Part shown: piece after piece, positions 1 through 11,983 of the stretch
Layout: every line of letters begins with the position of its first letter
Numbering within the stretch: position 1 is the stretch's first letter
NCBI RefSeq assembly: GCF_024521635.1
Contig: NW_026250422.1
Location: 1 to 64,000, forward strand
Direction: 5' to 3'
Source of the DNA: Tricharina praecox
Lineage: Eukaryota
Length of the DNA stretch: 64,000 nucleotides
Program-made: the position numbers and the translations under genes
Notes under the pieces: generated by a model
Told to the model about the DNA's origin: nothing
What the model saw: only the letters and a program-made list of their open reading frames with translations
Database searches by the model: none

Positions 1-743
1 GGAGGCGTCGGAGTAAATCCAACGACTGAGAGGTTGCCCAAATCCTGCAGCTCCTTACCAGCCATAATCTTCTTGACGGTGGGTTCGGCAGGTGGTGTCA
101 ACGAACGAGGTTGGGGGGCAGTAGGAACAGCAGTATGAACGGGAGCTGTATGATGGCTGGGAGCTGGGGCAGATGGGCTGACGATGTTCTGGGGAGTCAA
201 ATTGGTAACGGCAGGATCCATCGGACGCATGGTCGTTTCGGAAGCGACAGACGAGTAAGTTCGCTTGCCCTTGGGGGGAGCAGCAAACGACAAGCTGTCA
301 CCGCCCGAAGTCAGGACGATGGCCTCGGTGTCCCGCGGCAGCGGCTTGCTGACGAAACCAGGCTTCGGCGGGAGACTCGAATGACCACGACCGATGCCAG
401 GCGGCGGGTAAGACTTCTTGGAGCCGCGTTGAGCAACGAGAGCCATTGGCAAAGCTGGAATGATGGGTGCTATCGAGGTGGGTGAGGATTTACGGGGGAC
501 AGCTTGCGTAGGGGGAGGACGGGGAGGTAACGAAGAAGCTGGCGGAGGTGGTGGTGGTGGAGGTGATGGTGGTTGTTGTAGTGGGGGCGGAGGTGGTGGT
601 GGTGGGATGGCAGTAGTAGTAGTGGTGGTGGGGGTGGTAGAAGTAGAGAAGTTGGAAGGGAGTGATGTTGATTTTGATTGTAGGTGTAGTGGAGGTGTAG
701 CGGGTGGTGTAGCTTTAGCAAGGGAGGTGTGGACTTTACTCAT
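1..743 (-). CDS. 5' part of a gene with a long Pro/Thr/Ser-rich low-complexity N-terminus; function unknown, truncated by the window edge
   Basis: ATG at 743 in good context (CCCGCC ATG). I translated the frame by hand; it is open to position 3 (MSKVHTSLAKATPP...PPPPPPP...KKIMAGKELQDLGNLSVVGFTPTP). It is missing from the ORF track because there is no stop in the window. Confidence 0.65.
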   Translation of the reverse strand, partial: MSKVHTSLAKATPPATPPLHLQSKSTSLPSNFSTSTTPTTTTTTAIPPPPPPPPLQQPPSPPPPPPPPASSLPPRPPPTQAVPRKSSPTSIAPIIPALPMALVAQRGSKKSYPPPGIGRGHSSLPPKPGFVSKPLPRDTEAIVLTSGGDSLSFAAPPKGKRTYSSVASETTMRPMDPAVTNLTPQNIVSPSAPAPSHHTAPVHTAVPTAPQPRSLTPPAEPTVKKIMAGKELQDLGNLSVVGFTPTP

Positions 744-1943
744 GGCGGGCGGTTTTCTTTCGTTTTTCGTTTTTCGTTTCGACTGTGTTTGAGCGAGAGC
801 GGGAGCAAGAAACGAGGCTGTTGGAGGGAGCGAGCGATTGAGTGATGTGTTCTGACGGCGGCGGCGGTCGTGGTCGTGGGGGTGGTCGCGAGAGAGTGAT
901 GGAGTGATGGAGTGATGGAGAGAGAAGGGCGGGCTCGCAGACAACAACTGTCGAACAACTCACTCGAACGGGACGGCAAGCTTAGTGCGAGGAGAAGAGG
1001 AGTTTTGGTGGGTTGGAGAGTTCGGAGCCGCAAAAACTCTAATTTACGCGACGGCGGGGGCGGGGGGAGGCGGCCGTTTATGTCCACTCTAGGAACGTGC
1101 AGCTGGTGGCGAGTCAACGTCAGGCGGGCCGGCGGGTCGGTCTCGTGAGACAGTATACGCGTCAAGATCGGCACGGGCGAGGGCGAGGGTGGGGCGGGCG
1201 GTGAAACGTGAGGGAAACGATTTGGGTGAAGAATATCTGAATGGGAGAGGTGGCGGTGATGACAGCGATGGAGGGGGGGTGGTGGGGGCACGGGTGGGCA
1301 CTGAGTGGTGATGGCTGCTGCAAGACACGGAGGAGGCCAACAAAGGCGGGAAGAGAGGTGAGCGAGAAGAGCGGCGGAAGAGTCAGTGAAGCAATCACAC
1401 GAAATACCAAAATAAATAAGAGTTAATGGCATAAATATCACCAGAAGAAGAAGAGGAAGAAGAAGAGACAGAGACACGCACACGACGCGCGCGACTCATC
1501 GTTGCATGCTGCATTCCATTCCGTCACGGCCGATCACTCCGTCCTCTCTACTGTCAGTAAAGTGGTGTTCTCTCTCTCTCCCTGCAAGCTCCTGCGATGC
1601 TCATTCACGTCTGCCAGCCCGATTCCACGCCCACCCCGCTTTGCCATCAACCGGAGAACCTAGAGTATCGTTCGGGCGTTCGCTCGCTGCTCGTCTCGTC
1701 TCGTCTCGTCAGAAACAAGAAGAAAAAAGAAAAGAAAGTAGGCGACAGCCTCTCGCCTGTCACACGCCCCACCCCCCTGCAGTCAGTCAAACGTTCTCCC
1801 GCCTTCCAGTGTCCACGGACCAATCAAGTGGTTGATTAAGGAAGGGCAGGGCTGAAACCCCACTCCCCCCTCCTCTCCAGATGCCCATTTGCTAGAGTGA
1901 GTGTGCAGTTTTCTCGTTCAGACCGGATGTTGGCTTTTGAGCT

Positions 1944-1980
1944 GGTGGTGGTGGTGGTGGTGGTGGTGGTGGTGGTGGTG
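1944..1980. repeat. (GGT)n microsatellite
   Basis: Read directly. Others: (TCTG)n ~4110-4150, (GATGTGC)n ~7724-7762, (CCAT)n ~35383-35410, (TTC)n ~41266-41290. Confidence 0.9.
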
Positions 1981-4900
1981 TCGGTGATGCCGCTCGAGAT
2001 GTCCGACAGTCCGAGAAGAACCCCGGCCCGGGGCACAGTCTACATACAGATGACTGACGCTTAGCTAGGCGCTGCTCGACTCCGGTACCGAGATCACGTC
2101 AGATGGGTGCTGCTTACCACTGCAATGTGAAACAGAGAACCCGGATACCTATCATAGGTCACTTACCTACATGCCAGCTCGGGGTTGGTTGGTTTGCCAG
2201 CTTCGTTTGCTGGTTCGGCAGGCAGGTTGGATGGATGATTGGGGTCACAAGGGAGCAGCCCGTATCCATCAGTCGAGCTCATCGTCGAGCTCATCGTCGA
2301 TGCTCTGGGCATTCTCCACAGCAGTGTCCAAAGCTCCTTTAGCTCGCTCAGCCTTAACTTATCTACGCGTGGGGACTTCGAGCCATCCGTGCTCCTTATC
2401 CGGCTCCAGGATCCTTATCGCCATCAAGGCCCGGTGAGCTCCTCAAGCTCCGGCAAGGGAAAGAAAAGAAGAAATGGTCTACCAAAAGAAAGAAAGAAAC
2501 ATCACGGCGGACGAAGATGGATGGATTGCCTAGGTACCAACTATAGAGCATTCGCGCGATACTCACCGAGTTCCCCTCCCCCCTACATACCGCACGATTG
2601 CGGACTGCGGACTGCAAACGGCTCTGCATGCCAAGATATCGTTTGTTACATCGTCGGTGACTCCTACTCATCGAGCGAGCGAGTCCGTCAGTCACCGTAT
2701 GTTGGTGGAATGCCGCAGCTAGGTACTTGCCACCATCTTTATTCACTCGGATGTATCTATTCCTCTTCTCCTCATGTGCCATACGTACTAGGTAGGTATA
2801 TGATTTGTTTGCAGAAACGTCTACTTGATTATACCTATGCCTCCCGCAGCTGCGGGTCCGAAGCCCAGGACGGGGACGGGGACGGGACAGTCCTACCCAC
2901 CCAGGTACCGTAATGCAGACCGGACGGACGGACGGCGAGGAGTCCGGTTCTTGAGTGATGCATGTTTTTGAGTCACTGAGCCCGGGTCCTCGGAATCGCG
3001 ACTGGAATAGGTACCATAATGTCTACCTAGGACATGACCGAATTCTTCAAAACGTTAGGAGACACGGCAGAGCATCTGGAGGCTGTTTCCGTACTGGTCG
3101 GCCGAGGAATCGACAGTGGGATGGCATACCTACCGATTCCAATACCTGCCGTATATAACGTGGGAGCATCGTGAACACACTAGGAGCAGTACGAGGTGAA
3201 GTGATGAAGCCCGCGATACCGTACACACCCCTCACGAGTGAACGGATGGATGGACGCAGGCGGCATCCGGATCACTACCTAGCCAGATTTCGCTACATAC
3301 AATTTCTCTGGAACCACGTGCCCACACGGTCCAATACCTATCCTATCACGGAGCTTCAACCATAAGCTATCAGGTCGCAACCCATACGGGATCGATCGGA
3401 AACCTGCTTAACGTTTATAGTGTTGTAGGTAGGTAGGGTAGGGCAGGTATTCACGAGGGTTCATTTTCCTGCATACTCACGCGACCGTAGGAGGTAGGTA
3501 CGCTTATCCGACGGGTAGATTGTGGTTGAGGTTGTGATTGTGGTTGTATGTAGGACCGATGGGTTGATTGATTCCCTTGCACGCATCACGCTTGCTTGGT
3601 TGATTGGTTGGTTGGTGAAGGAGCGTAGGTACTCTGCATAAAAGCGAGCGATATGTACCGGTACATACCGGTACATACACGCCAGACGAACGTGGCGAAT
3701 TCGATTCGCTTCCTGGCCCACTATCGTGCAGCGGCCAAGCATGAAGGTGTGTATAGAGCGTATCTCGTAATCATCTCCCGTCTCGATCGCTCACTCGCTC
3801 GTTCGCTTGCTCCGTAAAGTTCGCATCGGCGCGCGGGGCAGTCTACTCCAGAGCAGTTGGTCAGCTTGTGGTGAAAAGGCAAGGTGTGCCTGACCTTGGC
3901 GCCACCACCACCACCGGTCTAGATACTCTACGGTGACGTTTCTAGATGCGGCAAAACGTCGTGATACCGATATCGATTGCGGAGCGGAGCGGGGTTTCCT
4001 TTCCCTCTAGGATCTAGGGGAGATCCATATGCTCGTATGTAGAGGATGCATGCACGTATCATGGGATTGCAGTTCAGTTTGGAAATGGCGAGGTCAAGAC
4101 TCAAGATCCTCTGTCTGTCTGTCTGTCTGTCTGTCTGCCTGTCTGTCTGTTGCCGGATAAACCGAAACCGAAACCGAAAACTCGCTGCAGCTGAAGTTGC
4201 TCGTGATTGTGAACTGCGCGGATTCCGTGTATCCGCGATCGCGACGTAGGTAATCCCGAGGACTGAACGTGATGGATCATCAGGATAGAGTACCACATCC
4301 GGAGACAAAGCCTGAGGAGTCAGGAGTTAGGACGGAGGATCCCATAGTTTTTCGACAGGTGGAGATCGCATAGCTACGTCACACTCTCTCCGCTCCGCTC
4401 GTGTGTCTCCTGCTTCCTCGGGCAAGCAGCGGAACAGAGAAACTCGCACGGTCCTGCGTTTAGATCTTGAATTTTGGCTTTGATTTATCGGCTTTTTCAT
4501 TCTTTTCTTTTTAGTCTGTGTTTTTTTTGGTTTTTTAGTTCGGCGTCGCTTCCTTTTTCCTCACGCAAACCGCCCTAAAAGCATTTCTCTCTTTTTGCTT
4601 TTGTTTCGCCCTTTGGACACTTCCTTAGGTTATCCCGATCGTCTCGTTTCCTCCCGCGGTGCCAGCTCCTAAGCCGAGAGCAGTTCGTCGTTGCTGTTGC
4701 TGTTGCTTGTCGCCCTCCGCCAGCCTTTGCTTTGCTTGTGACAACGACACATCCTCCCCCCCACCCACCACCCCCCATCCCAGCCCACCATCATAACAAC
4801 AACATCCATCACCCATCTCCCCTCTTTGCGAAGTATCCACACCAACTCACCTCACTCACTCCCGTACCACACTAACCTCCTCCTCCACCCACCACCTCAA

Positions 4901-5168
4901 CCACCTCCACCAACATCACCACCACCACACTTGCAATAACCCCCCACAACCCTACCTACCCCCCCAGTTATACCTTACTTATCCGGCTTTATTACCCACC
5001 GCCCCCTCGCCACCACTACACCTACCACCTTACACCACCACTACCACCACATCCCCATCGATAATCACACAATTGCCTGCCCCGCGCAGCACCTCCGAAA
5101 TAGACGAGGAAGAAGAAGAAGAAGAAGCAGAAGCAGAAGCAGACTGAACCTCCTCCTCCCCCGACGCG

Positions 5169-7480
5169 ATGGGCAACGCATCGACTAAGGAACGCGCCGC
5201 CTCGCCGAACGACCAGCACCCGTCTCGGCGGCCGAACCGCAGCAACAACAACGGCGAGGGCTCGTCGTCACATCTCGGCCGGCTAGCCACGCTGGGCGGC
5301 GGAACCGGGGGCGAGGGATATACGTCGCGATCGTCGCGGTCACGGCACAACCTTGAGAATTCGCTGTTCGGCGGGCTTGGGAGCAGTAGAGATGTGCGCG
5401 AGCGCGACAGAGAGGCCGAGAAGGCGGCGCGTGAGCTGCGGAAGAAGGAGCGCGAGGTCGAGAGACAGAAGGAGCGCGAGAGGAGTCGGAAGGAAGAGAG
5501 TCTGGATGGTATGTGCTCTTCTCTCTCTGTTGCTCGGTTCGGGAAAAGATGCGCGAGAGGCTCATTCGTGTGTGCGGGTGTGGCGTGCAGGCGGTTTCTT
5601 GGTTACACATGGAGTCTACACCGGTACGGAGGACTTCAAAGATAAAGTTGTTCGGCATTTGATGGTGAGTTCGCAGGACGCTTACTTGCGTATCGTGTGG
5701 GTCGGTTCGGAGAGGCTGACCCGAGGCGGGCGCGGGATGGTGACGCCAGATTGAACGTCGATTGGCCCCGTTCTTCAAAGGACTCCGCGACCACGAGGAC
5801 GATTGGACCGATGCACAGCTCTACGCCGCCTTCCACGAACTACCGATTCCCGGCCCGGATGCGGAATCCCCGAAGGAGGAGGTCGACGAGCGGGAGGAGC
5901 AGAGGTCTACAAAGGTGATGAGTCGAACTGTGGGTTCTTCCGACAATTTGACCGTCCCCATCGCTTCGCGCTCGCGCGCCCAGTCTTACACCTCCGAAGG
6001 CTCGAACCGGTCCAACTCTTCGACGCCATCGTTTGGCTTCTCGACGTCCAGATCACGCGCGAAGACATTGTCTATATCGTCGCCCAAGAACCCAACCCTA
6101 GCCAACACTGCCGGACCGCCGGAAACCAACAATCCCTCGCGCTTCGTCGATGGTCGGTGTATCGAAGCAGTACTCTACAAAAACGCCGTGGAATGTCCCA
6201 TCTGCTTCATGTACTACCCACCGTTTCTGAACAGGACACGCTGCTGCGACCAGGACATCTGCTCTGAATGCTTCGTCCAGATCAAGCGAGCGGACCCACA
6301 CATTCCCGAGAATCACGACACGCCAGGAGAGGAGCGGCCCGAACCCAGCTCCACGTCGGAACAGCTAGTGTCGGAGCCGGCCACATGTCCGTTCTGCAAG
6401 CAATCGGATTTTGGCGTGACGTACTCACCGCCTGCTTGGCGCCGCGGCATTACGTACGTCTCGCAGCCGGGATCGTCGACGAACATTCCATCCCCGTTCT
6501 CGATCGGTGGTAACTCGTCGACGGCTTCTCTCGGCGCATCGTCGAATCCCGCTGGATCGCAGCCTGCATCGCCGCCGCTATCACCATCTTGGAAACGCAG
6601 AACCATGCTGCCTCTTGGCGACCCGGGCGTGGTAACTAGCGATGATATCCGCCCCGACTGGAATATCAAGCTGCAGGCTGCCAGGGCACATGCCGCCAGA
6701 CGCGCTGCCGCCGCGACCGCATTGCACACTGCCGCATTCCTTCTGGGCAACAATGAGAATAGCAGTCGCACTGGTGCCGGTGGTGCTGGTGGCTCCAGCG
6801 GACCAGCGGCACCCGGTGGCTATGGGCGGCGGTTAATACGTCGAGCGGTACGGGAGGGCTCGTATGGTAGTGATAACCGCGGTGGTAGCGAGAGTCCATC
6901 ACCCAACCGTAGCGGCTCGGGAACTCCACGCGATGAGACTTCGACACGTCCCGGGAGTCTACTAGCACTCGGAATGTCATCGTCGACAACGCAAGAGCGT
7001 GATCGCGAACGCGAGCAACGGGAGAGGGACCAGAGCATGGAAGAGCGTCTCGCAAGCCTAGGCTTCATCACCCCGCGCGGCTCACCCAACAGTGCCGGCA
7101 TGCTCGCGGTCTCCAATGCTGGTAGTCGCAACGAGCGTCGGAGCCGCATCGTGGACCTAGAGGAAATGATGCTGATGGAGGCTATACGGCTGAGTCTGGC
7201 CGAGGAAGAGGATCGGAAACGCCGCGAGGCGGAGGCCGAGGCGAAAAAGAAGAGGGAGGAGCAGCAGGCGAGTGCGCCCGCTGACGGTAAGGGGAAGAGT
7301 GTCGACCGCGGTGCGGGCTCGTCCAGCAGTAGTGCTGTAGAACACGTTGAGGATGCGGGCGTCGTTGGCCGTGGGATTCCTGTGCTCGGGGAGAGGGAGG
7401 AATCTGAGGGTGCCGAAGGCATTGGAAAGGGAGCCGTGGTTGAGGTGGGAAGAGTCGGTGCTAGCGAGGAGGCGCGGTGA
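5169..7480 (+). CDS. SIP5: Sip5-family protein (Snf1/Reg1-Glc7 interactor; RING-like Zn finger)
   Basis: Three exons; introns 5509-5590 (GTATGT..GCAG) and 5665-5749 (GTGAGT..CCAG). The spliced product has the MGNxxxKE N-terminus, [62 protein letters not shown] and [14 protein letters not shown]. Confidence 0.9.
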
Positions 7481-8181
7481 TTCTCGTTCTCTTTCTTGAT
7501 TAGCCGGATTGATTGTTCGTTTTACTGTTTACTTACACCAATGGCTGGCCCGTCTACAATTGCAACTTTTACGGGAGGTTGTCTCGTTGTTCTTCTCTGC
7601 TCTCATTTTTTTCTTGATTTTTCGTTTCTTTTTTTTTTTTTGTGTGTGGCATATACCATTTTTCGTGTTACCAGCGTGTCGGAGGGGGGGAGGGATTCAT
7701 ATACGATAACGGAAGGAACGATGAGATGTGCGATGTGCGATGTGCGATGTGCGATGTGCGATGATAGTGGACTGTGGGGGATGACAATGTAGGTACTTAG
7801 TCTCGCTCATGCGACGTCACTCGTAATCTCCCATTGCATTTATCCAGAGTTGTCCAGAGTTGCCGGTTTGAGGCGGGCGGCCGAGGAGCGGCAGACGGCG
7901 GATGGATGGCGGTGATGTCCACGGAGGTTTGAGTTCACGAGATGCTGGCGTGCGGTTTGCAGGTTATCAGAAGCAGCTAAACCGAGGATGATCGCCAATT
8001 GAGGGATCAAGTTCTCACGCTGGCTGGCCAAGATGGTACAAACATTGTTCTGCAAAGCATGGCCGTGTTTACATACGCTCCTCTTCGAGGTGGTATGTAG
8101 AGAGTAAGTGCCTTGCTTTCGCTGACCGTGACCACTGTATGTAGATCGCGATTGACTACGCTAGAAGTACCCGGTATAGTG

Positions 8182-8189
8182 TGACGTCA
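8182..8189. promoter_or_regulatory. Palindromic CRE/ATF site TGACGTCA upstream of the 83-aa gene
   Basis: Exact TGACGTCA about 225 bp upstream of the ATG at 8415. Confidence 0.35.
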
Positions 8190-8414
8190 GGACGTGGTGA
8201 CATCACCGCATCCCATCACCGCGTACCATCGCCGACGAGAGGGAGGTCAAATACCGTGCTCCTTCCTCCCTCCGCTCACTCCTTCTGCCACTCTGTCAAT
8301 TTCGCACACACGCATACATAAACCTTCCGTACACAGAACAAACCACGAACCACCACCACCACCACCGCCGCCCCCCACAACCACCGCCGCCCCCCACAAA
8401 CCAAACCAACCACA

Positions 8415-8666
8415 ATGTCAACCAACCCCCAATCCGCCTCTCAAGGCCGCCAATCCCCGGGGGCGCAAGACGACAAACAGATCGGCTCGCAGTCCTCGGG
8501 CGGCAGCGATTCCAAGCACAGCGCGCCGGCACAGAAGGGACAGCAGAAGGGCACGCCCGGAGCGGGAGGCCAGGGAGGCCAGGAGGGGGGGAGTGGCGAG
8601 GCTGTGCAGGGGCTGCAGAGTAATGTCAAGGAGCCGCTGTATGGGGCGAAGGGGAAGGAGGAGTAG
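8415..8666 (+). CDS. Small Gly/Gln/Ser-rich hydrophilic protein (hydrophilin/conidiation-type)
   Basis: 83-aa ORF with strong start context (CCACA ATG), a CA-rich leader, and GRQSP and LQSNxKxPL motifs typical of small fungal proteins. Confidence 0.7.
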   Translation: MSTNPQSASQGRQSPGAQDDKQIGSQSSGGSDSKHSAPAQKGQQKGTPGAGGQGGQEGGSGEAVQGLQSNVKEPLYGAKGKEE

Positions 8667-9135
8667 GGGGGATGGAGGGAATGGGGGGATGAGGGTGGGA
8701 GGGGGTAGTTTGAATAATTCAGTTCTGGTCCTATGATGCTTCTTCGTAACTTCGTGACTTCGTCGGTGTTGTTGGTGTTGTTGGTGTTGTTGGTGAGATC
8801 CATCGTATACTATATACGCGGTCAATTCCACGCAGAGACGAAGACTTCTCCGATCCTGTAGGCTGTAGAGTGGGCGTGAGAGAGCCCGGTAATGAATACG
8901 TGATAAGTGTGTCGTCCGAGTGTCGCGAGCTAGGTATGAATGTCCTGGGCGTATCCAGGAGGGTGACAACTTACGAGCAGTAGAATAGTATGAATACCGG
9001 TAATAGCAGGAAACACTATCCATGGCGGGTCGAGCAAGGTAAGGAGCTGTAGTACACTAGTAGTAGGAGACTATCCGCCACGGTTCGGTGGCCGCTCGAG
9101 GGATAACCCAACACAGTACTCCGATTTCTACATAC

Positions 9136-9270
9136 CAGTGTTCGACATACATAGTCCAGTCCGTCGACTGGACTGGACTGGGCCGTATCTGGGCAGTCCG
9201 TCCGGGAGCGGTGTTTGGACGGACTATGTATGCAGTCCAAAAAGAATCGAGGGCAGGACGGACTGCAGTC
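9136..9270. mobile_element. Partial MITE-like relic with CAGTCC/GGACTG sub-repeats
   Basis: Starts CAGTGTTCGACATAcATAGTCC, matching the start of the 10961 element; many CAGTCC/GGACTG motifs. Confidence 0.45.
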
Positions 9271-9414
9271 ACATCATATCAATAACATCTAGTTGAGTCA
9301 AGGAAAAAGAAATATATATACAACCGCAACCAGTTACTTTTCCACATTGATCCTCTCCATCCTCCACTCCCGCTTCTCTTCCTCCCCTCCACTTGTTGCC
9401 GATGCTCAATCTAT

Positions 9415-10187
9415 CTACCTCCCACTCCACCACCCAGTAACACTACTAAGCACGCCGACACTCCCGCCAGCCGGCTTCTCCCCCTTAACCAAATCATCAG
9501 CACCAAGCCTATCGATCCTCTCGCCTGCATCCCTGCCCTCTCGCGTGAGCTCCACCACGATCGGCGCCACAACAGCCTCAGCCTGCTTCCGCTCCTCGTC
9601 GCGCTGCCGCTCAAACGCAGTCTTGTACTCCTGGTCCGCCGGCGTCATCCCCGACAGCGCCCAGGACTTGAACTTCGTCCACGGGCCGACGACGGGGCCG
9701 ATCGATGCCGCAGCCTCCGCCGCAGCTGCCTCCGCCTTTTCCGTGGGCGGCTGGTGGTGCTCGACGGGCGGCGCAGCCGGCGTAGCAGCGGGCACGGGCG
9801 TTCCCTAGTTGTTCTCCGTTAGCCGCGCCTCCCCCCCCCCCTCCTCTATCAACGCACCTTCGCGAGCCCCAACTCCGCCCTCCGCCTGCGATTAAAGATC
9901 ATCATATCGGTCATGGCATAGACGGTGACGGCGCCCGCGAGGACCGTGCCGCCAATGAGTCCGACAGCGACCACGCGGTGCGCCTTGTCGGCGACGGCGC
10001 GGCCGCGGTCCAGAATGCGCTCGAACATTGTCCCGGCGACGCGGTGCTCCTTGGCGCGGCGCGCGGCATCGCGCAGGCGGGCGACTCGCTGCTGTGGTGT
10101 TTCCGCTGGGGAGGAGGCGTGGGACTGTGAGAAGGCGTGCGGGCCTGTCGCGGTGAAGCGCGTGGCGTCGGCTACTGTGCGGGGCAT
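9415..10187 (-). CDS. COX14: Cytochrome c oxidase assembly protein, COX14 family
   Basis: MPRTVADATRFTATGPHA...ETPQQRVARLR...GRAVADKAHR + one TM helix + NRRRR. One intron 9857-9805 (GTGCGT..CTAAC..CTAG) joins in frame to the 9415-9795 ORF. Confidence 0.75.
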
Positions 10188-10960
10188 TGTGTTGTTGGTT
10201 GCTGGGGAGAAGAGGGAGGAGGGAGGAGCTGGGGAGTGGGTTGGGATGCTGGGCTGGTGGTGGGGGGAAAAATCGATGATGTCGTACTACGTTGTCGGCT
10301 CGGTTGGTGGACTTTCTTTGGTGGGGTGATGCTTGCTCCGGTACAGCCGGGGCTTGGCGAGGTGCTCGGTCGGTTGTTTTCGCCTCAGTAGCAAAAAGTG
10401 GGGCGATTGATACGGGAAGAATATACAGCGGTGGAAGAACCATCAGAATTTTGTTCAGTAGGTACCTTTTTCACATCACGTGTCGAAAAGTAATACGTCA
10501 TATACAGGCAACGAGAGTTCTGCAGTGTTGCAATGCACTGCGTAATTATATCAAGCGTGTAGTTTCAGGTTCGTCCTATAAACACGACTGCATATTTGGT
10601 CAGCTTCGGTGGTACTACGTGATGTTCGACCGGATGGCTGCGTAAGGTATGACCACTGAAAGACTTTCGTGGTTGCAGAAATCGGTGCTCACCAGCACCT
10701 TAGGGGATCCGTATTCATACAATGCGATCTTTTGGAGTGTCATGGGGGTTGGTACCTAGATGCAGCAGCACAACGGATTTGCAGACGGCTCCTTTACCAA
10801 CACCCCTCCAGCTCGGCGGTGGGGTCGACAGGAATTCACGCACTTCCTCTCGCTGACAGCTCCTCCTTCACGCCGCCATAAAGGGGCTGTCAGGACTCAG
10901 GACTCAAACAGCAATGAGGGTGTATTATTCGCGACAAAGACAGTGCCACTCACGGTGACG

Positions 10961-11296
10961 CAGTGTTCACTGTTCGACATAGTCCGGTCCGGACTGCAGT
11001 CCGTCCAGTCCGTGCTGCGTAAAAGTAGTCCGTCCAGTCCATGGATTTCGTGGACTGGGGGGGCGGACTGCGGCTGTGTACTCTACTTTACATCCCACTC
11101 CCCATGGTCCCCTATCGTAGATATCCATCTCAAAACTCGAAGGGCAAGAGCGGATGGACAATGTCAAATGTGGAGGTGTGTACTCTACATGTTGAGCCAG
11201 AGAGGTGAAAACCGGGGGTCGTCAAGTCCGGAATCATGTTACGTCACTCGTACATCCCAGTCGACCATGTCAATTACATAGCATCGTCAAACACTG
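10961..11296. mobile_element. Non-autonomous hAT-like MITE candidate
   Basis: Left end CAGTGTT(cactgtt)CGAC, right end GTCAAACACTG (inverted). Internal clustered CAGTCC/GGACTG repeats. No clean target-site duplication (TSD). Confidence 0.5.
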
Positions 11297-11983
11297 GCCA
11301 CTGGCCACTGGCTAGATAATATCTCCAAACCGAATCTTGGCAGATAGTGCCAGCCTTTTATACAAGGTGTTGGCTGGTTCCAAGATCTGTCAGGCAGGAG
11401 TGCGTCCTGGACTGAAATTTTCTGTTCCGAGAATCTGTGAGTTGTGTCTTGGATTCGTCATTCAACTCTTCGGTACGAACTATTGTTTCGGGTGCACACT
11501 GGCCCACAGGATTTCAACTCCGGTATTTTACCTTACCGATTTCCATTGAGCCTGACGATACCTTCTGGTGTTTTTCCAAGTCCACACACCCTTTACATAC
11601 GGCTAGTCGGCCCAGTCACGAGTGATGCTGTATGAATATCCCGAAGGATAGTTCACGGCAGACTGCCGAGCCGATATCGGCCGACACGAACACGGCAATT
11701 ACCCACGTGAGAAACTCGGCTGTAGGGATTCACCCTAGCCCGCAGTCGAATTCGTATTCGGTTGACAAACCCTATCGACCGGGAGGGTGTCGCGTGGATT
11801 CCAGAGGCTTCCACCGACCGACGGCAGAGCAGAGCCGCATTCGTCAGCGGGGCAGATCCAACGCATATTACCCAAGTAGTCTCTCTCTCCCGTTGCATAT
11901 TTCCCACCTCCTCGTGAATCGACATAACCACCATCGAACCCACCTTCGCGAGTCGACATTCATCCACACTCGATCCCGCAGAG

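Noticed and set aside
740..1483. 247-aa minus-strand ORF overlapping the start of the first gene
   Set aside because: Non-ATG start and low-complexity composition; more likely 5' UTR or promoter sequence
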